Positions 37,863 through 45,894 of a stretch of 64,000 bases of DNA are shown here, piece by piece. A model generated the notes under the pieces. That model was not told where the DNA came from, ran no database searches, and worked only from the letters and a program-made list of their open reading frames with translations. The position numbers and the translations under genes are program-made. The DNA comes from an uncultured virus (IMG/VR IMGVR_UViG_3300020357_000003) (lineage: Duplodnaviria > Heunggongvirae > Uroviricota > Caudoviricetes). Every line of letters begins with the position of its first letter. The stretch's first letter is position 1. Location of the stretch: the IMG/VR virus record IMGVR_UViG_3300020357_000003; one strand, given 5' to 3'.

Positions 37863-39229
37863 AATTTAAATTATTATTAGAAAAAGCTGAAAAAGAATTA
37901 ATTCTGATTTATGACAATATGACATCAGAATTAAGGTATGAAAATGGTGATATTGTTATTCCTCAAAATGAATTTGTGAATTGGGAACCTTTTTATAAGA
38001 TGGATGCGGGTAAACGAAATCTTGTTAAAATTAAAATTCAGCTTGGATTAAAATGTAACTATTCTTGTACATATTGTTCTCAGCGGTTTGTTCCAAGAAA
38101 TCCTGGTGACAACCCCCAAACCTATGAATCTGTAGATTTGGATGCTATTAATACGTTTATTAAACGATTTGACACAATTAGTATAGGTGAAACTATTCAT
38201 TTTGAAATGTGGGGTGGGGAGCCATTTATGTATTTTGGCAGTATGAAGCATATTACTGAGCAACTTCATAAAAAATTTCCACATGCTACGTTTAGCGTTA
38301 TTACGAATGGATCTCTTTTAACTGATGAAATAGTGGAGTTTTTATTTAAGCACGGGTTTTCTGTCTCCCTTTCGCATGATGCGGTAGGTCAGGAGACTAG
38401 GGGACGTGATCCTTTAGATAATGCGGATTCAAAACGATTACTATTTAAATTACGTAATGCATTAGTTCCTCAAGGAAAATTTTCTGTTAACACGATGATT
38501 CATAAAGATAATGACTCCCGAGCGGATGTTCAAAAATGGATTAAAAATGTTTTTGGAGTAGTTCCTATTGGGGAAGCTGGAACAGTTGATGCTTATGACG
38601 AAGGTGGCACAGCAATGTCTTGGCAAACACCTGAAGAGCATATTGCGTATAGAAGAAAAGCTTTTAATGAAATTATGAATGGAAAATTAAAACCTGTTCA
38701 AATGGACATTGTACCTCGAAAAATTGAAGGGTTTATTTCCACCCTAAAGCAACAGACCCCAGCTAGTTCCTTAATGCAAAAATGCACAATGGATCGTCCT
38801 GATGTAATGGCAGTAGATCTCAGTGGAAATGTCACGACCTGTCAAAATGTAACAGCATCAAGTCAAAATATGGCAGGAATTTCCCATAAAATTGGGCATA
38901 TGGATGATTTGGAAAGCGTCAATATAGCAACAGGAACACATTGGTCAGATCGGGAAGAATGCCCAAAATGCCCTGTACTTCATTTATGCCAAGGTGCTTG
39001 TTTATTCTTGCCTTCTGGCTCACAAGAATGGAAACTTTCCTGCGATAATTCATATTCCGATAATGTTGTCTGGTTAGCTGCTAGTTTATATGAGCTTACG
39101 GGGCATATCTTGTATCGTATTGAAAATGACGAATTACCTGAATATAGAAAAGACATATTTGGCTTTAATACAACAAAATATGCTGTGGAGGATGAAAATA
39201 GTGCTAAGATATTAGCAGGTAAAGCATGA
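37859..39229 (+). CDS. radical SAM/SPASM-domain enzyme (peptide/protein maturase type)
   Basis: CNYSCTYC, WGGEPF, ITNGSLL, C...GNVTTC, CPKCPVLHLCQGAC...C. Confidence 0.93.
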   Translation: MKFKLLLEKAEKELILIYDNMTSELRYENGDIVIPQNEFVNWEPFYKMDAGKRNLVKIKIQLGLKCNYSCTYCSQRFVPRNPGDNPQTYESVDLDAINTFIKRFDTISIGETIHFEMWGGEPFMYFGSMKHITEQLHKKFPHATFSVITNGSLLTDEIVEFLFKHGFSVSLSHDAVGQETRGRDPLDNADSKRLLFKLRNALVPQGKFSVNTMIHKDNDSRADVQKWIKNVFGVVPIGEAGTVDAYDEGGTAMSWQTPEEHIAYRRKAFNEIMNGKLKPVQMDIVPRKIEGFISTLKQQTPASSLMQKCTMDRPDVMAVDLSGNVTTCQNVTASSQNMAGISHKIGHMDDLESVNIATGTHWSDREECPKCPVLHLCQGACLFLPSGSQEWKLSCDNSYSDNVVWLAASLYELTGHILYRIENDELPEYRKDIFGFNTTKYAVEDENSAKILAGKA

Positions 39230-39303
39230 CGTTTAAACAAGTTGTGTACGCTATAGCTACAATGGGATTAATAACTTGGTTGTTCGAGTTGGTAAATAAG
39301 TAA
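39226..39303 (+). CDS. 25-aa hydrophobic peptide (not in ORF track)
   Basis: MTFKQVVYAIATMGLITWLFELVNK; ATGA overlap with the rSAM stop. Confidence 0.4.
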   Translation: MTFKQVVYAIATMGLITWLFELVNK

Positions 39304-39321
39304 AGGGCAAGGTAATAATGA

Positions 39322-39645
39322 ATGGAAGGTATATTACATGATGCATGGGTGCTCTTTGTTGGTATCGGTTCTTGGATGGTTAATAAGTTAACTGCTAAAC
39401 TAGATTCATTAGAAAAAGATAAAGCAGATGGGGAACAAATAAATGATGCGCTTAAAGGTTTAGGTGGTAAGGTGCATGGCTTAGAAAAGAAAATTGATAG
39501 TTTAGCTTTAACGGCAATTGAAAGATCAGAGTTTAAGTCAGATATAACATCTTTACATTTACGAATTAACGACATAGAACAAAGAAAATCTGACAAGATA
39601 CAAAAAGTAGATGTGAAGATGCGAACAGAAAACGGAGAGCATTAG
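39322..39645 (+). CDS. TM + coiled-coil protein (lysis region)
   Basis: N-terminal hydrophobic helix followed by heptads. Confidence 0.6.
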   Translation: MEGILHDAWVLFVGIGSWMVNKLTAKLDSLEKDKADGEQINDALKGLGGKVHGLEKKIDSLALTAIERSEFKSDITSLHLRINDIEQRKSDKIQKVDVKMRTENGEH

Positions 39646-39851
39646 TGGATAAATTAAATGAGATGTTAATTGGTGCTTTAGCCGTTGTAGGTAGTTTTGT
39701 TACTAAGAGAGTCTTTAGTAATCACGATAGTTTGAGTAATCGGATTTCTGCACTGGAAAAAACTGTTGTAACTAAAGATGATCTTATTCATATTGAACGC
39801 AATGTGGAGATGATACTCACACATTTAATTAATAAAGGAGATAAACCATGA
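39645..39851 (+). CDS. TM + coiled-coil protein (lysis region)
   Basis: same architecture as the preceding gene. Confidence 0.6.
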   Translation: MDKLNEMLIGALAVVGSFVTKRVFSNHDSLSNRISALEKTVVTKDDLIHIERNVEMILTHLINKGDKP

Positions 39852-40042
39852 TTAAAACAGTTATTGATTTCGTTGACAAAATGATGCCTGGTCACAAGAC
39901 TTATGCAATAATGATAATTGGAATGGGAATGATGATTTGCCAAATGTTAGGTTATCATCACTTTGACCAAGAAGCTTGGGGAGTATTAGGCATTGGCGGT
40001 GCGGCTACTTGGAAGATGGGGCAAGATCGTAAGAAGAAGTGA
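39848..40042 (+). CDS. putative holin
   Basis: GHKTY, two hydrophobic segments, basic C-terminus RKKK. Confidence 0.55.
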   Translation: MIKTVIDFVDKMMPGHKTYAIMIIGMGMMICQMLGYHHFDQEAWGVLGIGGAATWKMGQDRKKK

Positions 40043-40344
40043 ATGAGCTCGCTATTGCGATCTTACTCGTAATACCGTCTCCTTATAAAATGGTAAACTG
40101 GACTGTAAATCAGGTTCCAACGCAGATTCAGTTAATACATAAATCTGGCTTAGAAGTGAGTTATAACGCATCGCCAGTATCTTGTTCATTTCGACCTAGA
40201 AATAATAGGGAAATGGTATTTAAATCTTCAGAAACAGCTTGTTATGCAGTATATGATTTAGGTAGCCCAACATTTATTAGACATCCAGATCATTGGTATC
40301 CAGTTGAGCCACAGAAATCTTTAAAAATGAATGTAGGAGATTAG
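40039..40344 (+). CDS. hypothetical exported protein
   Basis: hydrophobic N-terminus, Cys pair. Confidence 0.5.
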   Translation: MNELAIAILLVIPSPYKMVNWTVNQVPTQIQLIHKSGLEVSYNASPVSCSFRPRNNREMVFKSSETACYAVYDLGSPTFIRHPDHWYPVEPQKSLKMNVGD

Positions 40345-40345
40345 T

Positions 40346-40633
40346 ATGGATATAGCTGCAATGTTCGAAGGACAGGGGTGGTTTGAGATTGCTGGTCAGG
40401 TAGTCCTCATTTTCACTGCGATTACGGGGGCTTTACCTGACAAATTTGTTCAAAAAATCCCTATATTAAGTACTGTATGGCCTATATTTAATTGGCTTGC
40501 AGGTAATATTTTCAATAACATCAACCATCCTAAAGGTATGGCAGCATCTGCTGATGTTGAGAAAGAAATCGATGAAGCAAAAGCTAAAGTTAGGGCTCGT
40601 AGCGGTATGCCTGACGTTCTTGACGGGATGTAG
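40346..40633 (+). CDS. membrane protein (holin or i-spanin candidate)
   Basis: TM segment; 3' end overlapped by a lipoprotein gene. Confidence 0.5.
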   Translation: MDIAAMFEGQGWFEIAGQVVLIFTAITGALPDKFVQKIPILSTVWPIFNWLAGNIFNNINHPKGMAASADVEKEIDEAKAKVRARSGMPDVLDGM

Positions 40634-40877
40634 CAGTATGGGAATCTTATCCGAGTTAGCGGCTCCTGTCGCTAACTTCGGATTAGGTTTGTACAATGCT
40701 GATACTTATTACTCTAAAGAATGTGCTTGGTATGAAGAAGTTAGACTATCGCAAGATACGAAACAATGGCTACTTCAGAATAACCCTCCTCCAATTGTAA
40801 GTGAGGATTTAGCTCAAGTAGCTAAAAACAATGATATTTATAAGCAAGTTTGTGACCCTAAAGAACCAAAAGATTGA
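40572..40877 (+). CDS. lipoprotein, o-spanin (Rz1-like) candidate
   Basis: MKQKLKLGLVAVCLTFLTG-C lipobox; further Cys pair; overlapped +1 frame. Confidence 0.65.
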   Translation: MKQKLKLGLVAVCLTFLTGCSSMGILSELAAPVANFGLGLYNADTYYSKECAWYEEVRLSQDTKQWLLQNNPPPIVSEDLAQVAKNNDIYKQVCDPKEPKD

Positions 40878-40885
40878 GGTGATTT

Positions 40886-41077
40886 ATGGCTAAATCAATG
40901 AAATTAGGTGGTGGTGGGCGCTTTGCTAAATTAAAGAAAAATCTTGGGAAAAAGGGAGTTAAAAATCCTGCCGCATTAGCAGCACATATTGGTAGAAAAA
41001 AGCACGGTGCTAAGAAAATGGCAGCAATGTCCGCAAAAGGTAGAAAAAGAGCTGCTAGTAAAAAATATAAAGGGTAA
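40886..41077 (+). CDS. small very basic protein
   Basis: GGGGRFAKLKK...NPAALAAHIGRKKHG. Confidence 0.7.
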   Translation: MAKSMKLGGGGRFAKLKKNLGKKGVKNPAALAAHIGRKKHGAKKMAAMSAKGRKRAASKKYKG

Positions 41078-41086
41078 AATGTTTAC

Positions 41087-41740
41087 ATGGCAAAGAAATA
41101 TAAAGGCGTATTTATAGCATGTGAACATAGTGGGACTATACGAGATAAGTGTATAGATAATGGAATTTTAGCATTTTCTTGTGATCTACTACCAGGGGAA
41201 GGTACCCATACCAAATACCATCTACAAGGTGATGTATTTGAAGTATATAATGATTTACAAGAAATCGTGGATGTTAAAATTATGATAGCTCACCCTTCAT
41301 GTCAATACTTGGCAAACAGCGGCGTCTCTTGGCTTGTTAAACCTGTAGCAGGTAAGCCTCATATAAAACAGGGATCTGATAGGTATCAAGCAATGCTGAA
41401 AGCTTGCCAATTCTTTAATGATTTAAGAAATTTACCTATTAAATTTAAAGCACTAGAAAATCCTATACCTCATAAGTATGCTAAACAGTTCATTGGGAAA
41501 TATGACATGTTAACGCAGCCTTATCATCATGGGCATGAAGAATCTAAAGCGACTTGTTTTTGGTTAGATAATTTACCGCCTTTATTTAAAACTAAAGTAG
41601 TAGAACCTGTTAAAGGATCGGCATTGCATCACCTACCTCCTACTAAAGATCGGTGGAAAAAACGAAGTAAAACCTATGAGGGTATTAGTAATGCTGTTTT
41701 TGAACAATGGATTAATCCTGTTATGAAGGGAGTAGTATAA
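41087..41740 (+). CDS. C5-cytosine methyltransferase-like protein
   Basis: VFIACEHSG, SCDLLP, IAHPSCQYL, LENP, KATCFWL, RSKTY. Confidence 0.78.
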   Translation: MAKKYKGVFIACEHSGTIRDKCIDNGILAFSCDLLPGEGTHTKYHLQGDVFEVYNDLQEIVDVKIMIAHPSCQYLANSGVSWLVKPVAGKPHIKQGSDRYQAMLKACQFFNDLRNLPIKFKALENPIPHKYAKQFIGKYDMLTQPYHHGHEESKATCFWLDNLPPLFKTKVVEPVKGSALHHLPPTKDRWKKRSKTYEGISNAVFEQWINPVMKGVV

Positions 41741-41979
41741 TGCCTAATAAAAAGTTAAAGAAAAAATTTGCAGAAGCGGGAATGGATAGTATTAGGGATG
41801 TTACTAGAAACGATCCTTTTATTCCTAAAAATCCCGAAGCTTGGGCGGCAGAAGGTAGTAATCTCACAAAACCGTCTAAAGGATGGGCAGATTTGATAGA
41901 GAAAAAAGGAGCAGCAGCAGGTTATCAAGGAGCTAAAGGAAATAGGAAGAAGAAAAAGACTGCTAAAAAACCATTCTAG
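41740..41979 (+). CDS. small basic protein
   Basis: Lys-rich termini. Confidence 0.55.
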   Translation: MPNKKLKKKFAEAGMDSIRDVTRNDPFIPKNPEAWAAEGSNLTKPSKGWADLIEKKGAAAGYQGAKGNRKKKKTAKKPF

Positions 41980-41984
41980 TCGTA

Positions 41985-42182
41985 ATGGATATTTATAGAG
42001 TAAATAAAATTATGGAAATATCAAACATCTTGGAGCAACCAGCATTTACACCGCCCCCAAATCCTGCAGCTAGTCCTCCACCAATCGTGGAGAACCCAAT
42101 AGCTAATAGCCAAGTTGCTACACCTGATGCTCTTGCACCAATTGAAGGGGATAAAGGGACTATTTTTACTGGAGTTGCTTAG
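41985..42182 (+). CDS. Pro-rich small protein
   Basis: ORF in operon. Confidence 0.5.
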   Translation: MDIYRVNKIMEISNILEQPAFTPPPNPAASPPPIVENPIANSQVATPDALAPIEGDKGTIFTGVA

Positions 42183-42185
42183 GGA

Positions 42186-42362
42186 ATGAAGCAAATAAGG
42201 GAATTCATGTCCAATTTTTGTATGATTTTCCTAGTATCATTCATTATTAGCTTAATAGTGTATTTACTGTTAATGCCAGAAGACAAGAAACCTAATACAT
42301 TTAAGCAGATTACTCTAGATCACTTCTTAAATATACATAAGGATAGGGGCTATAAAAAATAA
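42186..42362 (+). CDS. 58-aa TM protein (not in ORF track)
   Basis: MKQIREFMSNFCMIFLVSFIISLIVYLLLMPEDKK... Confidence 0.5.
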   Translation: MKQIREFMSNFCMIFLVSFIISLIVYLLLMPEDKKPNTFKQITLDHFLNIHKDRGYKK

Positions 42363-43002
42363 CTTTTTTCACGAAATATTTTCTGTTCCTCTGTGGATAG
42401 GGAATTTTTATCGAAAAGAATCAAACGATAGAATTTTAGGTTTGGTCGAAGAGTTTAGAAGAGGAAATAAGAACGCTGCCTTAGTAGGCAACGAATGGAA
42501 TTACAAAACCATTACTGATAACAAAGATCTACAGGCCGAAACAGGCGTAACATCTTATGCCACCGCAAATTTAACACAAATTCCCGATTGGTTTCCAACA
42601 GTTCTAGAATTGCAAGCGTGGTCGCATCAAATGATCTCTACTATCTGGGATGTAGATCGAATTATGGGTCAGATGACAATTAGTAATATGTGGACTACTA
42701 TTTATCCAGAAAAGTCTTTTGTTCCTGAACATACTCATAATGGAAGTATGATTTCAGGGGTCTACTATGCAAAAGCTCACGAAAATTGTGGGGATCTTGT
42801 TTTTCACGATCCAGCGTGGGTTGCAAAATCTATGGTACTAAACAGCGGAACTACTTTCCCAATTAAAGGCACTAAGCAAAAAGTAAGTCCCAAAACAGGA
42901 GATCTTATTTTGTTTCCTTCTTGGCTACCTCATTCAACTGAATTTAATGAGACAACTGAAGATAGAATAATAGTGAGCTTTAATTTTCAATTTACTTCTT
43001 AA
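42352..43002 (+). CDS. 2OG-Fe(II)-type oxygenase (TIGR02466-like), probable ATA start
   Basis: EHTH, ISGVYY, FHDP, FPSWLPHS, RIIVSFN; frame extends upstream of 42442 with HEIFSVPLW. Confidence 0.8.
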   Translation: MKNNFFHEIFSVPLWIGNFYRKESNDRILGLVEEFRRGNKNAALVGNEWNYKTITDNKDLQAETGVTSYATANLTQIPDWFPTVLELQAWSHQMISTIWDVDRIMGQMTISNMWTTIYPEKSFVPEHTHNGSMISGVYYAKAHENCGDLVFHDPAWVAKSMVLNSGTTFPIKGTKQKVSPKTGDLILFPSWLPHSTEFNETTEDRIIVSFNFQFTS

Positions 43003-43018
43003 ATATCCATAAAGATAG

Positions 43019-43579
43019 GTGATACAGCATAATACATTTGCAGAAACTGTAGGAATCTACAACGGTGAGCAATCTCTCGTAGGCTCTACTGTAACTTATA
43101 TTTACCAGTTAAAACATAAGTACCCCGAATCCGATGGTTATTCTAACCACGGGGGCTGGCAAAAAGAGTTAGACCTAGACCATCCAATAAAACATACTAT
43201 TCTAAAGCAATTCAAAGAATACCTTAAATGGTATTGCGTAGAAGAACCTCGATGGATGGACTGTACCAGTTTATTTTGTAATGTAAATCCACCAGGTTCA
43301 TCTAATGTAATGCATCATCATAAAGTAGGGGAATTTAGTGGTGTATTGTGGTTACAAGCAGAAAGCAACTCTGGCGATATTGTGGTAATGAACCCATTTT
43401 ATAATAGATTTATGAACACATGCATTAAGTCACTTGAAAGGGACTATAATGCCCTGTATATAACACCTGAACCAAATAAAGGGGCATTCTTTAATAGTAA
43501 TTTAGTTCATTATGTTGATATCAATAGATCGCAAACAGATAGGATTTCAATAGGTTATAATATCGGAATTCACTATTAA
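43019..43579 (+). CDS. 2OG-Fe(II)-type oxygenase (TIGR02466-like)
   Basis: SNHGGWQ, NVMHHH, FSGVLW, LVHYV, RISIGYN. Confidence 0.82.
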   Translation: MIQHNTFAETVGIYNGEQSLVGSTVTYIYQLKHKYPESDGYSNHGGWQKELDLDHPIKHTILKQFKEYLKWYCVEEPRWMDCTSLFCNVNPPGSSNVMHHHKVGEFSGVLWLQAESNSGDIVVMNPFYNRFMNTCIKSLERDYNALYITPEPNKGAFFNSNLVHYVDINRSQTDRISIGYNIGIHY

Positions 43580-44091
43580 TTCTGTAACCCCCATATTTGT
43601 ATAGAAAATCTAGGAGTTGCAATATAAGGTGAAACTGTAGTAACTGTATGTAATTCAGCAGCTTCGTTAACAACCATCATATTTTGTTTAGGGCATATTG
43701 CTTTAAAAATATAATCTGTTTTTTCTTCTTTGTCTTTCCAAATAAAAAATCCTCCACAATTAGCATCTATTGAATTTAAATAAATAGTTGCACCGAAACT
43801 GTAGTGGGGATCATTATGAATATCAATATTACTCAATTTATTCCACATATAAAATTGATATACAATTTCTTTTGTATTTGATGGAAAATAGGTTTTATTC
43901 AGTGCATTATTTAATTGAATAGCTAAATTTTGAGGTATGTATGCTACTAGCACATCACCACAAGCACCCTTGTTTACTCCCTTCCATATGAATGTTGAAG
44001 AGCCCCAAACTCGTTCTCCTAACATAGAGTTTAATTGAGCACTACAGTCAAGGAGTAATTGTCGTGGTAATACATCAGTGTATATTTTCAT
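43576..44091 (-). CDS. 2OG-Fe(II) oxygenase (HxD...H)
   Basis: IHND, ATIYLN, GGFFIW, LHTVT, RFSIQIW. Confidence 0.82.
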   Translation of the reverse strand: MKIYTDVLPRQLLLDCSAQLNSMLGERVWGSSTFIWKGVNKGACGDVLVAYIPQNLAIQLNNALNKTYFPSNTKEIVYQFYMWNKLSNIDIHNDPHYSFGATIYLNSIDANCGGFFIWKDKEEKTDYIFKAICPKQNMMVVNEAAELHTVTTVSPYIATPRFSIQIWGLQN

Positions 44092-44100
44092 AGTCCGTTC

Positions 44101-44463
44101 TTAAGAATAAAGCCAAATTACTCGAGGACTTTTATTTTTATCTACATCTACATGAATAAAAGTTTTTGCAATACCTACTCTATCAAATACTTTTAGTGCT
44201 GCTTCTAGTATTTCGTAACGCTCCGCAGAGCCATTATAGCCTAGGTCTGCAGCCCAGCCATCTATATGGCTAGAACTAGGGGTGGCATTAATCGCAGCAT
44301 TATGTTTTTCACATCTAATTCCACTATTAATACGAATTCCTCTGTCCACAAGGTTTCTTACTAATTGTACTTTTGCGGCAAGCTCATCTTTAATGTTGTC
44401 TTTACCACATCCACACTTACATGCATACTCTTCTCGGTCAAAATTAGCTGTTAGATTGCCCAT
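44101..44463 (-). CDS. peptidase M15A endolysin
   Basis: CKCGCG, INSGIRCEKHN, SSHIDGWAAD, FIHVD; start at MGNLTANF. Confidence 0.88.
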   Translation of the reverse strand: MGNLTANFDREEYACKCGCGKDNIKDELAAKVQLVRNLVDRGIRINSGIRCEKHNAAINATPSSSHIDGWAADLGYNGSAERYEILEAALKVFDRVGIAKTFIHVDVDKNKSPRVIWLYS

Positions 44464-44857
44464 AATCAATTCCTTTCTTTTGAGAGTAACGACATTCTTT
44501 ACTACAATAAAGTCTGTCATAACGTTTAGCTAGGAATTTAGCTCCGCATCTAGCACAATTCTTTTCTACTTGTTCTTTTTGTCTAGATATAAGACGTTGC
44601 CTATTCTCTCTTATAGTTCGGCATTCAATAGAACAAGTAACTCTACCAGCTGACGGGACGGTATTATCACATTCACTACATTTGTTTAGATCTGCTCCAA
44701 TACGATGAAATTTAACTTCATCCGTAACCTCATCAGCTAAACCTCGTTTAAAATTACGCCAATGAATATTCGAGAGCTCTTCTTTTGGAATGGTTGTTAC
44801 ATATTCAAGATTTCCATCCTTGTCTGGTCTATAAATTTTAACATCGTAAATACTCAT
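44444..44857 (-). CDS. double C4 zinc-finger protein
   Basis: VKIYRPDKDGNL; CSEC...TCSIEC; CARC...YCSKEC. Confidence 0.7.
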   Translation of the reverse strand: MSIYDVKIYRPDKDGNLEYVTTIPKEELSNIHWRNFKRGLADEVTDEVKFHRIGADLNKCSECDNTVPSAGRVTCSIECRTIRENRQRLISRQKEQVEKNCARCGAKFLAKRYDRLYCSKECRYSQKKGIDYGQSNS

Positions 44858-44863
44858 TTAACA

Positions 44864-45133
44864 TTAGTTAAGATTATGTTTAAATATTTTAGATGCTTTA
44901 AAAGTAGTAACCCTACGGGCTTTAATTTCAGCGGGTTCTCCCGTTTTAGGATTACGTCCTATACGTTTAGGTTTGTTTCGTGCTGTAAATCTACCAAAAC
45001 CACGAATTATTAAATCTCCATCTATGATTCCTTGTTTTACTTCACGTAATACAACTTCTACAACTTTGTCGGCTTTGCTTACTGGTATTTCTAATAGATT
45101 TGCTATTTCTTGTATTAGATCGGATTTTCCCAT
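44864..45133 (-). CDS. HU/IHF-family DNA-binding protein
   Basis: MGKSDLI, IRGFGRF, RIGRNPKTGE, FKAS; GGAGG RBS. Confidence 0.92.
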   Translation of the reverse strand: MGKSDLIQEIANLLEIPVSKADKVVEVVLREVKQGIIDGDLIIRGFGRFTARNKPKRIGRNPKTGEPAEIKARRVTTFKASKIFKHNLN

Positions 45134-45199
45134 GATACCTCCTATAGAATATGTAATAGTTGCGTTAATATACACACTAATGATAAGCTATTCAATGCT

Positions 45200-45553
45200 A
45201 TGACTTCAGATAAATTTAGTTTTACCGATGAAGAATTTTTAAGAGTCGTAAACTCCCTGTGTCGAATTGATTTAGATGAAGATGAATTTACTCCATTAAA
45301 ATCGATTAATGATACATTAAATATGGACGAACTAGATAGTTTAAGCATGACCGTATTTTTTATTTGGATAGTTCATTTATTTGGGATCCCTGAACCCATT
45401 TTACAAGAGTTTGTTCGTAAACGAGATTTTACTATTAGTAATATTAAAGAATTTGTAACTAAAGAGTCAACAAAAACATACTCTTATGCAGATATTAATG
45501 CACAGATTAACAAGGGAAATTATAAGGGGAACTATTTTGGAGGCAGTACATGA
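45200..45553 (+). CDS. acyl carrier protein-like
   Basis: acidic helical protein with LDSL motif followed by helix ...FGIP. Confidence 0.6.
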   Translation: MTSDKFSFTDEEFLRVVNSLCRIDLDEDEFTPLKSINDTLNMDELDSLSMTVFFIWIVHLFGIPEPILQEFVRKRDFTISNIKEFVTKESTKTYSYADINAQINKGNYKGNYFGGST

Positions 45554-45894
45554 TATTTGGACATGCTAGTTTAATACAAGAAGGGGAAGCAGCGTTATTC
45601 TATAAATTTAGTAGGAAATTAAATGGATATATGATTGCGGGACTAATAGTTAATGATACTATAGAAGCTAAGCTAAACTTCGCTAAAGTATGGACATATT
45701 TTGTATCTGAAGTTGTTAGAGCAGATGACATTTATTGTTCAATTCCTATAGAAGGAGAACACTCTATGTTTAATAATTATTTAACCTATCATAGTGAAAT
45801 AGATGGACTTAAGATATATACAGTTGATAGTTTCCTTAAAAAGCAATATAGTAATTATGATAAACAAAGAGAAAGAGCCGGGAGTGACGCATGA
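45550..45894 (+). CDS. hypothetical protein (possible minimal acyltransferase-like fold)
   Basis: overlaps both the ACP-like gene and the portal gene by 4 nt. Confidence 0.55.
   Translation: MIFGHASLIQEGEAALFYKFSRKLNGYMIAGLIVNDTIEAKLNFAKVWTYFVSEVVRADDIYCSIPIEGEHSMFNNYLTYHSEIDGLKIYTVDSFLKKQYSNYDKQRERAGSDA

Noticed and set aside
37859..39229. rSAM enzyme as QueE, NrdG or MoaA for nucleotide or cofactor synthesis
   Set aside because: 456 aa with a full SPASM domain; no queC/queD/folE, nrdD or moa genes in the window
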